The notes beneath the pieces were generated by a model. It was given only the letters and a program-made list of their open reading frames with translations, made no database searches and was not told the DNA's origin. Of a stretch of DNA of 64,000 nucleotides, positions 24,621 to 37,995 are shown in pieces. The DNA lies in the NCBI GenBank assembly GCA_035221665.1, contig CM069159.1:32302001-32366000 (forward strand), read 5' to 3'. Positions within the stretch are counted from its first letter, which is position 1. Every line of letters begins with the position of its first letter. This DNA comes from Okamejei kenojei (Eukaryota). The position numbers and the translations under genes are program-made.

Positions 24621-26208
24621 TGTAGCAATTCTCTAATAGAGAGGTACAACTCTCAGCAATGACATTTGAGATGTTGTTCCATTGCTTGATTCAAGTAATA
24701 TTTGCTTGTGCAATTTAATTGTGTAAGTGAATTGTCACATGTTAGACTTGCATGATTTCCTAGAATTTCATACAGCAGATATTAAGTATTGGCGTGGCTC
24801 AATGCCAGTGTTTCTCTTTGTAGTGAGGGACCTTGACAAAACAATTAAATTTTCTGTCCATGAAACATACTTTTTACAAAATAGCAGATGGTCATTGCCT
24901 GTGCTAGGTTATGTATGGAGTGCTTTGTTACACGAACATAACAACTTTAGAGGCAAAAAAGGCTATTTAAATAATTGAAGCTATGCCAATCAGTATCTTA
25001 CCCTTCCAGCAACAAACTACATCTTCAACACCAGTATTTTTGCCTCATTTTTATGCTTGGCAGACATTTTTAAACTGACAGTAGTCGTTAAGAATTATTT
25101 TGTTAGTTTTAAATTTAAGCTTAAATTTTAATTTCTACTTGGTTCCATTATTCTTGCCTTTCTTTTCTGTTACTTTGAAGCAATAGTATGGATTTATCAA
25201 TGTATTTATGTATAATCAATATAAATTTACATCATAGGAGCAGAATTAGGCCATTCAGTCCATCGAGTCAACTTCATCACTCAATCACAACTGATCTATC
25301 TTTCCCTCTCAACCCCACTTTCCTGCCTACCTTACTCATTTCAAAGAGATCCTTTTTAGCCTGTAAGGCTTTGATCTACCTTCATGATTTATCTTCCTTG
25401 TATTTATGCCCTTTTTAATTTATGAATAGATTTTTTGTGACATAGTACCATCAATTACACCACTCTGATTGTGGTTTTGCGAGAGCATTATTAAGTTATC
25501 TTTGACAGACATACATTATTTTTATTGATTTTATCGTCAAAATGATTAAGGGTATTTTAGATGAATAATGAGATAAGTGGAATTGAATATAGTTAGGAAT
25601 TACTGCTGTGCAAGTACTCCTTTAGCTTATTACTTAGCATAGATTCCATCACATTACCATTATTGATGCTTGGATATTGTAGCAGCGTGTGTAGATGATA
25701 TGTGTATACACCTTTAATTGATAGTGACGATGTCCATGCTAACCACCCCCCCACCAGTTAGTATAATTGTAACCCACATGCCCCTAGCTAAATAATGTTA
25801 GCTCATTTCCATCCAAATGAAAATCTCACGTCCATCAATTGCTCATATAATTTTCTTCCCTAGATTCCCTTTACTTTGGACATTTTACAATAGTTTTTCT
25901 GAAGATCTCATTGACCTTAAATTGTGGCAAGCCTATGCCTTGGATATGGTGATTCCAAGATTTTCTGGAGCATTAGGGATATTAACAAAGTGAACAGTAA
26001 ATTAGAATAATTCTCCAATGAATTCTGGTGAAAAAATATTAGTAAATACCTGGTATTTTGTATGTAGTATTTATATTACTGAAGTTAATATTTTCACAGA
26101 TATCTGAATGGAAATCTTTAGATGTTAGGTTGTTTGATTTTCATCTTGAGGTTGGTAGAGGAACTGATGGCTTATTTTCTTTTTTTCCCCCTATGATCAA
26201 TAAACCAG

Positions 26209-26286
26209 GCTGAGCAGACGGGTAACACATTGAGTCTAAATGTGCCACAGGTGCAGCTCATTAATCCAGACAACCAGATAGTACAG
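26209..26286 (+). CDS. SIK3: SIK3 exon (~10): AEQTGNTLSLNVPQVQLINPDNQIVQ
   Basis: accag/gttggt, 78 nt; VPQVQLINP motif typical of SIK3. Confidence 0.92.
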
Positions 26287-28003
26287 GTTGGTTATGAAAC
26301 TCTTTTACGTCATTGTGGTTTTATGGTAAATGTCTACTATTCCAATGTGATTCATTTAAATGCTATTGAGTCATTGTACATTTGTTGTGATGTTGCCCAT
26401 GCGTGCATAAAATTGAAAATACTTAATTGATTTTGCTGTAATCTTGATGAAATACTTCCGTTTCTTTCTTTCATGTATATAAAAGGATGTTAAAGTCACG
26501 AAGCTTCACTGTTGATAATAAAAATGTTTTTGGAGTTTATTTTAAATCGTTTTATGCAATGGATTATCATTCTGAAAGATCTTTATATTTGTGGCAAAAG
26601 CGACTACATGAGTTAGCTTCATATTGATGGCCAGTAGAGAGTATCAGAGCCTAAACATTTATACTTTGACATCTGACCTACATGTAACAAAAAAAAGTAA
26701 AAATGACAGAAGAGCATTTGAAGAGAAAAGACCAGATCAACAAGCTCACTCCATTAATTTCTGAAAACCCAGGCAATAATTATCTCCACCAGGAGAGAAT
26801 TGAATTTCTCTCTCAAACCATCTCTAGCATTACCAGTGCTAAATGCCATCTCAAAAACATAACCAGACCACCCATATGAATGCCTCGGCGACGAGAGCGG
26901 GTTACAGGCAGAGTACTCTGTAGCGAGTGATTTGACATGACTCCCCAAAACTGTTTTTCCATTTATAACCTAGTAAAAGGGAATATGATGGAATACTCTT
27001 TAATTTTTAGAAAAAATGCTGTTCTAACAACTCTCAAGAAACATGACATTACCCAGAACAACGCATGTGCTTAGTTGATCTCCTAACCACCTTATATATT
27101 CACACCCTCCACCAAGAATGCATTATAGGCTCTGTATTTACCTTTTCCAAGATTTCTGTTTGACATGGCGTCTATGACAACATTCCCCCCCAAGAGTCAA
27201 GAGCAGCAATGACATAACAAAGTAACCTCCAGCATCGTATCCCTCTATATTTAACATAATTTGATTTGGAAATATATTGCCTTTATTTTATCATCTCTGG
27301 GTCATAATCCAGGAATCTAGTGCCCTACAGCAATGTGGGAGTGATTTTGCCACATGGACTGGCCTGGTTTAGGAAGGCAGATGACCACCACTCTCTCGGG
27401 GGCTATTAGATATGACAAATTTGCTGGTCTTGGCATTAATGCCATCAAGCTTTGAAATAAAAATAATCTCTTTTTCCGATGAGAAGATGCTTTGATAAAG
27501 TAATATCAATATGTGTTAACTAAATAGTATTGCAAAATGTAAAGGGTGTTCTATAATATCATACTCACTGCAAAGTTTTTACATTGGGTACTTACTATTT
27601 GAGAAATGGAGCACAGATTTTGTCTGTATGCATGAACATGGATAATCACTACTTATTTTCTCAGTGTAATTAATAATGTACATTGTACATTGTAAATTGT
27701 ATTTCTATTAACCAAAGACGCTATTACATACAGTTGTGGGTTGTGTTTACTTTTTGTGTTTAAAAAAACAAGTTAACCATAATCTTAAAAAGACCCAAAG
27801 TGCTGGAGTAACTCTGTAGGTCAGGTAGCATCTCCAGAGATCATGGATAGGCGACGCTTCGGGTCGGGACCCTTCTTCAGACTGCTGTAGTGGGGGGGGG
27901 AGAAAGCTGGAAGTGAGATGGCAGCGGGACAAAGCTTGGCAAGTGATAGGGGGACACGGGTGAGGGGAATTTCTGATTGGTAGATGCTTGAACTAAGGCC
28001 AGA

Positions 28004-29086
28004 GGTGAGCCGCGCTGGCTGGCAGCTGCGGCTCACCTGCAGTCTGCCTGTTTTTTCTTTTTTTTGTTGTCTTCTAGTGTTTGTTTTAGTAGAATTTGTT
28101 TTAGGTTGTGGGGGTGGGGGGGGGGGGGGTGGGAGAAACAGGGTTTTAGTCTCTCCCTTCGGGGGGATGCATGTCCACCGTCTCCGTCTGTGCTGAGGCC
28201 TAATGGCGGAGCTGTGGAGGCGTTCGGCGGCGGCCCGGCTTAGAGCTGCGGTGCTCCAGCGGCTGTTCCTCCAACTTGCGGTGTTGCTCACTCTGGCCGT
28301 GGAGGACCGAGAGGTCGGATACGGAATGGGAGGGGGAGTTGAAGTGCTGAGCCACCGGGAGGTCGGGTTGGTTTTTGCGGACCAAGCGGAGGTGTTCGGC
28401 GAAACGATCGCCAAGCCTCCGCTTGGTCTCACCGATATAGATCATCTGGAGCAGTGGATGCAGTTGATGAGGTTGGAGGAGGTGCAGGTGAACCTCTGTC
28501 AGACCTGGAAGGACTGCTTGGGTCCCTGAAAGGAGTGGAGGGGGTAGGTGAAGGGACAAGTGTTGCATTTCTTGCGGTTGCAAGGGAAAGTGCCCGGGGA
28601 AGGGGTAGAGCGGGAGGGGAGGGAAGAATTGACAAGGGAGTTGCGGAGGGAGCGGTCTTTGCGGAAGGCAGACGGGGGGGAGATGGGAAGATGTGGCGGG
28701 TGGATGGGTCACGTTGGAGGTGGCGAAACTGGCGGAGGACTATGTGTTGTATTTGCCGGCTGGTGGGGTGAAAGGTGAGGACCAGATGCGGTGCTCCAGA
28801 GGTGGCGGCGGCCCAGTTTAGAGCTGCGGTGCTCCAGCGGCGGCGGAGGCCTGGATCGCCTCAGTGCAGAGGGAGAACTAGGAGGGATGAAGACCAAGAC
28901 TTAAGACTTTTGCCTTCCACCATAGTGAGGAGGTGCCTGGTGAACTAATTGTGGTGGATGTTAAATATGTGTTTATTGTGTGTTTTGTTTTTTTATTTTT
29001 TATTATATGTTATGACTGCATGGTAACAATTTCGTTCAGACCGAAAGGTCTGAATGACAATAAAGGAATCTAATCTAATCTAATCT
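28004..29086 (+). mobile_element. Non-autonomous composite retroposon, copy 2
   Basis: Same leader, T-rich and G-run order as copy 1; GC-rich repeats; ttcagacc-gaaa-ggtctgaa hairpin; AATAAA at 29059; (AATCT)4 tail. Confidence 0.72.
28263..28785 (-). mobile_element. Penelope GIY-YIG endonuclease fragment nested in retroposon copy 2
   Basis: IYIGETKRRLGDRFAEHLR...PVAQHFNSPSH; tgcggtgctccag at 28247-28259 and 28787-28799. Confidence 0.85.
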
Positions 29087-29975
29087 AAAAAAACCCAAAA
29101 TGTATGAGAAAGAGATAAGGATCGAAGAGGTGGGAAATATGAAGCCAGAGAAAGGAATGTAGGTGGAAAGGAACAGGGGGAAAGGGAAATGAAGAATGCA
29201 TGTGCATCCTGCTGGAGCACAAGGAAAAAAAAGGAGGGGGGGGGGGGAAGGGAGGGCTTGAAACATAGAAGAAACATAGAAAATAGGTACAAGAGGAGGC
29301 CATTTGCCCCTTCGAGCCGGCACCGCCATTCATTGTGATCATGGCTGATCGCCCCAATCAATAACCCATAGAAACATAGATGGTTACCTAGAATTGAAAA
29401 AGTCAGTGTTCACACCGTTGGTTGTAAGTTACTCAATGAAATATGAGGTGCTATTCCTCCAGTTTGCAAGTAGCCTCACTCTGGCAATGAAGGAAGACCA
29501 GGACAGAAAGACCAGTATGGGGATGGGAAGGGAAAATGGTTAGCAACCGGGAGATCCAGCAAACCTTCGTGGATCATAATCTTCTTGATTATTATTATTT
29601 CCTATAATTATAATTCACATTAGACTATTATTGCCATGGTATTTTCCAGGCTAGTCACTGGCATGAGTCATATTTTATAATTTTGTTTTCATTTCAAGAG
29701 CCTTTTCCTTTCAATCGTAAATTACCAGTGGTAAAAGTATATTTTTTAATTTGAACAGACTTTCGAAAGTGTCTCCAAAATATTAGTTTTAAATTCTCTT
29801 GTTTTAAAAAAAGATAGATTTGGGGAATCATTAAGATTGAGATTTTTTTGTTCCAAGATAAAATATAGTTTGGAATTTAAATACCAGTTTAGATCTTATT
29901 GTGATGAATGAGATCAAACTGAGGGATTGGGTTATTTCTGCTACTTTCACCATTTATGTGTACGTTCTTTCTCAG

Positions 29976-30085
29976 ACTGATGGCAACATGAATCTAGACA
30001 GCGATGAAGGTGAAGAACCGTCACCAGAAGCGTTGGCACGATATCTCTCAATGAGGAGACATACTGTTGGTGTTGCTGATCCCAG
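29976..30085 (+). CDS. SIK3: SIK3 exon (~11): TDGNMNLDSDEGEEPSPEALARYLSMRRHTVGVADPR (PKA site RRHT)
   Basis: ctcag/gttggt, 110 nt. Confidence 0.96.
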
Positions 30086-31216
30086 GTTGGTACTAGCATT
30101 TTAGTAACTTCTCGTATGCAACCAATACTAAACAAAAAAACTGTTTTGGATGCCTATGCATTTGAATTTAATCCAAACTGAATGTACTCATCCCCTCACA
30201 TAGGGTTGGTGGCTTTTGTTTATGTGAAATGTGATAAGACTCAAACATATTCAATGATTCAGTGAGAGAGGAAAGGTAATTTTATTCCTCATTGTTTTTG
30301 GATCAGATGTAGTTAATATGAGGAGGTTTAATGCAATCCGCACTGGACTTCAATTTGGTTTTGGATTTGTATGATATTTTAGGATATGCCTTTTCAACAA
30401 AAAACATGTAATTCCCATGCAGATGTGAAAATCATAGTGCAGCCAAGACTGGGTGAGGCAAGAAGAAGAAAGGGAAAATAAGTTGTGTAGGTTGGGAAGT
30501 GTACTTTACTGGGCATGTAGGCACACTGGATTTGTCCAAACGCAGATGTGAAAAAGCTTCAGTGAATTAACAGAGCAATGCAGAAGTGGGGTAGGAACAG
30601 TGGAAGGAGTTGGTTATCCTTGAAAATTCTTAGGATTTATGAATTTTGAACAGAAGGGAAATAACTACTTTTTGAACTGCAATTTTATAATTCGATAGCT
30701 TAATATAGTTTTGCTAGAAAACATACAGCCTTCATCGTTTAAAAAATAGTGTTACAGTGCCCCCCGTGGACTAGTGCAGAAAGCATGACTTGGTGTAGCA
30801 CGGAGTACCGATGCAAGAAGGTTCCAGTTACAGGATCAGATCAATAAGCTCTGCCAGAATGAGGGAGAGTTTATACCTCAGGTCAGTGATGTGGTGCTGC
30901 GCAGAAGGAAGAGTGTGTATGTTTCCTGTCTTTAATTGCAATGAAGTGATCCTTTCAAGCAAATTTCTACATGAGAGCAATGTAGGAACATGATCAAGCA
31001 CAGCTATTATTCCATGTACCCCCACCCTCTCCGCAAAACAGTGGACAGACAAGTTGCAGATACTCACACTTTGACTCTAGCATCTAGAATATCAGCTGAA
31101 GCTACCATCATTGTGAATGAACAAAATTAAAATACTAAATTCCCTGCTTTGAGGAAAAAGTGGTAAAGCATATAAAAAATAATACAACTAAAGTTCTGAT
31201 TTTTTTCCTAATGTAG

Positions 31217-31373
31217 AACTGAAGTTCCAGAAGATCTGCAGAAATGCCACCTGCCTGGTTTTCCACGTACTGTGCCTCAGGCTCCGTTCCTGCAAGTTGT
31301 TCCAAATGTTAATTTAATGCAGAACATGCTTCCCATGCAGAATTTACAGCCAGCCACACAGCTGGAGTACAAG
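31217..31373 (+). CDS. SIK3: SIK3 exon (~12): TEVPEDLQKCHLPGFPRTVPQAPFLQVVPNVNLMQNMLPMQNLQPATQLEYK
   Basis: tgtag/gtatgg, 157 nt, phase 2-0. Confidence 0.94.
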
Positions 31374-31759
31374 GTATGGATGCCTTTGCTTAAAGTTTAT
31401 TAATAGATAATGAATAAGATTTAACAGAAACACCCTGTAGTTCCCAAACTAAATATCAGTAATATCCTGTAATTGAACGTGCAAACCAATTGCCACTGTT
31501 GGTGTGGACATCTGTAACCAGAATTCTCACTCGTAAGATTTCCATGTAATTATAAATGTAATTAGTGCAAATCTGTCATGGTGCTTCTGCACCGATCCAT
31601 ACATCAACATTGCCTTTCCGAGGATTTCAGCCGTACTGCAAAATATAAATAGCGCAATTTATCTCCATTCCTTAAATTATTATAAGATGAAAGTAGTTGA
31701 ATTGTGGAAATTGTATCTAAGTATGTGTATATTAGAGGAATAAACATGACTTGCTCTTT

Positions 31760-32140
31760 GACTTTCTTGGGATTGAGGTGACTTACTTCCACCTCTGTTT
31801 TGTGGGTTCTGAGATAACTAATGAGGCCATAATGGGAACCATAACCTCCTCTTTAGGAGGAGCAGTTGATGGCTGATGGGTCTTGTGAGGGGATCTGATT
31901 TTTTGTCTAGAGAGGTTCGGCTTTCTTTGCTGTGAGGGGGTTTGTTTTATTTGCCCTGAGAGGTCTGTTTTCATTGCCTCAACTGTTACTTCTTCCCTTT
32001 GAGTGGTCATGAGCCAGCAATTCCCAGAGTCAATGGTTATGTTGCATTTCTTGAAGGAAGCTTTAAGCATATCCTTGAATCTTTTCCTCTGACCACGTGA
32101 TAATCTTTACCAACACACTTGCCAACTCAGGCACGGAAAC
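31760..32140 (-). mobile_element. RTE-clade LINE 3' remnant
   Basis: GQRKRFKDMLKASFKKCNI resembles the RTE/BovB C-terminal motif. Confidence 0.65.
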
Positions 32141-32162
32141 CCTTGTCCATTCCCACCTCTTG

Positions 32163-32665
32163 CATAGAAAATAGGTGCAGGAGTTTGCCCTTCGAGCCAG
32201 CATCCGGCTTTGTCCCCATATCCCTTGATTCCCTTGGCCCTAAGAGCTAAATCTAACTCTCTCTTGAAAACATCCGGTGAATTGGCCTCCACTTTCTTCC
32301 GTGGCAAAGAATTCCACAGATTCACAACTCTCTGGGTGAAAACGTTTTTCCTCATCTCAGTCCTAAATGGCTTACCCCTTATTCTTAAACTGTGACCCCT
32401 GGTTCTGGACTCCCCCAACATCAGGTACATTTTTCCTGCATCTACCCTGTCCAATCCTCTAAGAATTTTATATATGTTTCTTTAAATCCCTTCTCATCCT
32501 AAATTCCAGCAAATACAAGCCCAGTCGACCCATTCTTTCATCATATGTCAGTCCCGCCATCCCAGGAATTAACCTGATGAACCTACGTTGCACTCCCATA
32601 ATAGCGATAATGTCCTTCCTCAAATTAGGTGACCAAAATTGCACACAATACTCCCGGTGCGGTCT
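32163..32665 (-). mobile_element. CR1 3' fragment
   Basis: RPHREYCVQFWSP and RKNVFTQRVVNLWNSLP in the ORF track. Confidence 0.9.
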
Positions 32666-34689
32666 CAATACTCCAGGTGCGGTCTCTGTCTTCTCACTCC
32701 CTTCCTAGTGCAATTTTTAACTCTCAAACCCGGCTGGATTTGCGTCCTGTCGATACCTGGCTCTGTTTGCACACTCAACTGCATTGTAGAGTCATACAGC
32801 ACAGAAACAGGCCTTTCAGCCCACTATATCCATGCTGACTATCAAGTACTCATCGCATTTAACAACATTTCATCTGCTAGCAGTCTGGGCAATTAATATG
32901 CTCGGCTAGATACTGCTTAAATGGTGAGAGTATATGCCTGCATAACTTACTCAGGCAGTACATTCCAGATTCCAGCCAGCCTCTTGATGAGAAAAGATCG
33001 TCTTTAGTTATCTTCTAAATCATTTAAACCTACTTTAAACCTAATTCCAGGCTCCAGCAGTACATCTAACAATGCTGATCCCAATATCTAATGAGCCTGT
33101 AGTATCTTAAGGAGCTTGCCTGCCAAATGTTTCCAGGTAGAATTCCAGCTGGTGCAGCTGAGGATTTTTCAGATATTAAAATAAATGGACACGATGTTTG
33201 TGGCTTCCGTGTGTAATATTCTGCGTTATTCTTTCAGAAGATGAAGCCACATTGCAGGAATGTGCAATTGGAAAAACCTTGCTTCAATCTTTTTGAATTA
33301 CTGATACCATTTGTCTTTTATAAAAGAGATGTTGGTGTTGGTACAAGGCCAACATTCTTTATCCATCTCTCGTGAGATGAAATGAGGCATTTTCTCTGAC
33401 TGCCACAACTGCAATGTTAAGACGTAGAGAGGGAGTTCTACAGTTTTGATGCAGTGAAGGTATATTATGACTGAATCAAAGAACTATACAGTGCAGAAGA
33501 AAGTAATTTACCTGTTCATGAAAATTGCGAGGGAGTTCTCCAACATTACATTTCTAGCTACTTTTGCAACTGGTTCATTTAGGTGACCTCAGGCTGTTGA
33601 TGTGATTTAGTGATAGCAGTATTAATAACCATCACGAGGAAACAAAACAAATGCACAAACATTACTTGCCATTTACCAGCTCAAGGTGAATGCACTCAAT
33701 GCTTCGCTGCATGCAAAGACCTTCTGCTTCATTACCTGAGGGGTTGGGAATGGATCTGAAGAAAGAATAATCATCAGTAGATATCTCCACTTCTGATCTT
33801 ATGTTGGAGAGAATGTCATTTGTGAAGTAGCTGAACATCAACAAGAAACCATTGGATTGATGTTCTGGAGTATAACAAATGTCATTTCATCAATCAGTCA
33901 TCTTCCTTTGAGTTAGGTTTGACTCTTGTCAGTGCAGAGTTTTCTTTCAGATTACCATTGATTTTATTTTTTGTCAGAGCTCCTTGATGCCACTCGGGCA
34001 GGCATTGTTTTGCTGTCAAGGACAATCATTCTTGCCTTGTCTCTGCTATAAGGATAGACTGAATCATGAGGTTACTGTTTGTGGTGGAATGTAATTTTCC
34101 AGCTACTGAGGTCCCGCAGCACATGACCTGATTTGATCTACGATCTATCCCAAACCTAACCCATGTAGCTCACTGGTGCTGTCTTAAGTATGGTATGACT
34201 TCAACAAAGAGATTGTGCATTGGTCACTAAAGCCACTGTTGTTATGAACATGCAATTGTGACAGACATATTGGTGTGAACAAGATCAAGCAGCTTTGCTT
34301 ACCGTGTTAGTTCCTTCCTTTTGTACAATCTTATTCTACAGTTGTGCCCTTCAGGATTTGACACTGATCAGTGGCAATGCAACCTTATCACTCGGTAAAT
34401 TGATATCAAACGTATCAGCGTAGGCGGATGAATCACTTGGATCAGCTGGATAATTCTTTTTAGAAACCCATCAAAGTAGGTAGCCTTCTCGAGAGAACCA
34501 AACTCTACCCAATTTTCTTTTCAGGTTTGCCATGGAAAAACCATTTTGTGCTCCATGCATTTTACATCCATTTTGAACAGGCAAAGTTTCATCAAGATGT
34601 GTCTCCCCTGTCCCCGCTTGATCTGTCCCATTCATCTCGGAGGTAGAAGTCGAATCTAGATGGACAGCCTAGGTAGAAGTCAGCCTAGA

Positions 34690-35460
34690 TGGACATGTTC
34701 AGGAATCGTGTGCCAATCAACTGGCATCTTCACTTACGTCTTCAAACTTCAATGGTCAATTATCGCCACCTGCTTCAAGGAAACCGTCCAGTTCCCAAGA
34801 AAAATAAAGGGACCGGTCTCAGTGACTTCTCAGCCAGTAGCTCTGGCATCAACTTTACTTTAGACTTTAGACACACAGTGCGGAAACATGGCCTTCAGTG
34901 AACCAAGGCCATGCCGACCAGCGATTACCCCATACACTAACACTGTCCTATACACACTAGAAGCAATTGTACAATTTTACCAAAGCCAATTAACTTACAA
35001 ATCTGTATGGCTCTGGCGTGTGGGAGGAAACTCACAGGGAGAACTTGCAAACTCTACAGACAGCACCGATAGTCAGGATCGAACCCGAGTCCCTGGCACT
35101 GCAAAGCATCACTGTGCCGCCCTATCAACCATAACAAAGTGCTTTGAAAGATTTATAATGGTTCACACCCGTACCAGTCTTCCAGATAATTTTGACCCCT
35201 TGCAATTTATGTACAGATAAAGTGTGTATTGGTTGATGTCGCATGTAATGAGATATAGTGAAAAGCTTTCACTGTAATAAATATACGGAGGACATCATCT
35301 CTCTTGCACTACATTCAGCTTTGGATCACCTTGACAATAAGAACAAATATGTCAGGATGCTATTCATTGACTAGTCATTGCTCAGCCTTCATCACCATAA
35401 TACAGAATAAGTTTAGACCTAAACTTCTGGTCTGAGAGAACCTCAGTGGGTTAAAATTGG
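34690..35460 (+). mobile_element. Rex1/Babar RT remnant interrupted by an HE1 SINE (-, ~34855-35121)
   Basis: ATCFKET..PRK, PVAL and ITKCFERF...DPLQFMYR motifs; reversed SINE core between them. Confidence 0.75.
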
Positions 35461-35544
35461 TCATATCATTTTCTTCAACTTCTTCAACTTCACTGAACAT
35501 TGTTGCCTGTTGGAACATCAACAATGTGAAGATGGAGTTTAGAT

Positions 35545-35975
35545 TCATACTGTGTGGAAACAGGCCCTTCAGTCCAACTTGCCCACTCCGACCAACATGT
35601 CCCATCTACACCTGCCTATGTTTGGCCGTATCCCTCTAAACCTGTTCATGCACCTGCCTAAATGTTTCTTAAACGTTGCGATAGTACCTGCCTCAACTAA
35701 CTCTTCTGGCAACTCGTTCCATGTACCCACTATCATGTATGTGGAAAATGTTGCCCCTCGGGTAAAGTCTGTTCCCTCTCACCTTAGACCTCTATCCTCT
35801 GGTTTTTGATTTCCCTATTCTGGGTAAAAGACTCTGTGCATTCACCCGATCCCACTCATGATTTTATACACCTCTATAAGATCACCCCTCGGCCTTCTGC
35901 ACTCTGAGAAATAAAATCCTAGCCTACTTAACCTCTCCCTAGAGCGCAGGCCCTTGAGTCCTGGCAACATCCTCA
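35545..35975 (-). mobile_element. CR1 3' fragment
   Basis: MRMLPGLKGL...RGDLIEVYKIM in ORF 35842..36039. Confidence 0.85.
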
Positions 35976-36583
35976 TGCATTTGTAATAAAATGCAGGTAT
36001 CAGTTTTGAATGACAATGACGCACTGTTGTAAAATACATGCATTAAGTGCCTTCAGGAAGGAAATTTCCCATCCTAAATATAGCTTTGATCCACCTATAT
36101 GATTGATTCTTATTTGCCGAATATTGTGCCAGGATTGAGGCATCTGTGATATAGCACGAGCAAACCTGCTTGTTTTGTTTCTCCCAGAGTAGGCACTGTA
36201 ATTGTTTGCAGATGTTTAGAGCAAGTAACAAAAATGTTTATGTATTGTGTACATTTAATTCTTAATACATTTAATTCTTAAGTTCTGTGTTACTTTTTTA
36301 ACCTTGAGTTTTTTTGTTTCATTTGCTTCCCACAGTACTTTCCTTTTTGTACCTTCCATTTTGATCATAAATTGATTTCCCATTGTACAATTCACTCATT
36401 CAGAAAAAAAAAATTATGTTCTCAGATCAAATAATGATAAAATAATTTTAGAATGAAAGGGAAAGGTGCTATTGTTTATTGGCTGTCTCTCGTGGTTTGT
36501 AGTCAGGTAGTTACTATCATTCAGTAAACAGAATTTTAATTTTATGTACATATGATTCTGCATCTCTGTTTTAAATTCCTTAG

Positions 36584-36739
36584 GAACAATCCTTACTTCA
36601 ACCTCCAACGCTACAGTTGCTAAATGGTATGGGACCCCTCGGCCGACGTGCTTCGGATGGTGGGGCCAACATACAGCTGCATGCTCAACAGTTACTCAAG
36701 CGTCCAAGAGGTCCGTCACCTTTGGTCACCATGAATCCG
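36584..36739 (+). CDS. SIK3: SIK3 exon (~13): EQSLLQPPTLQLLNGMGPLGRRASDGGANIQLHAQQLLKRPRGPSPLVTMNP (PKA/14-3-3 site RRAS)
   Basis: ccttag/gtaagt, 156 nt = 52 codons. Confidence 0.97.
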
Positions 36740-37099
36740 GTAAGTGGTAAACCAATTGCATCCAGTTAGCAAACTGACATCAACAAGAGGAAATTAAGAA
36801 TTGGTGTTATTATTTAGTATGAAACATTCAATCTTCATGGACAGGAGAGTGGTCGAACTTAAAACGTCTTATTATTTTTGCACCTCTGAACTATGCAATA
36901 CTTGCCAAGAGAGTACTAGCACTGAGCTGGCAATTTGATGAATTAGTAAGCAGGGTGGTGGCACTTTTCATTTGCTTCTAAAAGTTTCATTTCCTATATT
37001 TCACTGATGATGTGTATTTGCCATGATCAATTAGTGCAAGAGAATATAATGTTTTATTACCACCAGTGCAGGGTAAAGTCTTAAATAAAGATAGCCCAA

Positions 37100-37845
37100 G
37101 GGTCTACCACATTGCAGTCCCTCAGACTATCGTTAATTGGACTTTGCTGGACTTCTTCCTGCGCTAAACGTTATTCCCTCTATCATGTATCTGTACACTG
37201 TGGATAGCTCGATTGTAATCATGTATTGTCTATCCATGCGAGAAAAGCCTTTCACTGTACCTCGGCACATGCATCACTAAACCAAACTAAGAGTTAGGAT
37301 GTCAAATTGCAGTTATACAAAATACTGGTTAGACTGCATTTAGAATGTTGTTGTTGTCGCACTTCAGGAGAGATGTGGTAGAAATTGTGGGAGTGCCGAA
37401 GAGATTCACTAGGTTGTTGCCTGGACTGGAGGATTCAAGTTATAAGGAGAGATTGGTGGGCTAGGTTTAATCTCATTTAGAATGTAGGAGGCTGAGTGGT
37501 GACCGTATAGAGGTTTACAAAGTGTGAGAAACATAGGATAAATAATTATAATCCTTTTCTCAGGACAGAGGAGGGCACAGGTTTATGGTGAGAAGGGATA
37601 AATTTAATGAAGTTCTGAGCAGTATGTTTTTCACACAAGGTGATGAATATTTGGAACAAGCTGCTAGAGGAAGTGATGGAAGCAGATGTAATTACAACGT
37701 TGAAAAGGCATTTGGACCAGGATGGGAAGGGAGTAGCGGATATGGTCCTAATGTGGGCAAATAGGATTAGTGTGGTTTGGCATCACGGTTGGCATGGATG
37801 TGATGGACCCTAAGGTACTTGCTTCTGTGCTGTACATTTGTATGA
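37100..37845 (+). mobile_element. Rex1-type 3' UTR piece (37100-37290) followed by degenerate CR1 3' part
   Basis: First part matches the reverse of 42255-42560; second part encodes RRFTRLLPGL and GDRIEVYK. Confidence 0.7.
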
Positions 37846-37921
37846 TTTTGTGAAAGTAGTTTAGAATAACTTTATAAAGCTCCTCTATGCCTTATACGTC
37901 AGTGTGTACTTTTTCTCACAG

Positions 37922-37995
37922 CATGCTGTGCCAGTCGTTACACCAGTGGATGAGGAGGGCTCAGATGGTGAGCCAGATCAGGAAGCTGTGCAAAG
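37922..37995 (+). CDS. SIK3: SIK3 exon (~14): HAVPVVTPVDEEGSDGEPDQEAVQR
   Basis: ctcacag/gtatgt, 74 nt, phase 0-2. Confidence 0.95.

Larger units (their letters stand above)
27790..29575 (-). mobile_element. Penelope-like element (pLTR plus 3' ORF remnant) hosting nested insertions
   Basis: pLTR and mutated hammerhead at 27790-27885; purine-rich arm resumes at ~29090; ORF-end remnant 29380-29575. Confidence 0.75.

Noticed and set aside
30755-30775. CTCF-like motif cagtgccccccgtggac
   Set aside because: Core spacing is one base short of the consensus and lacks the central AG.
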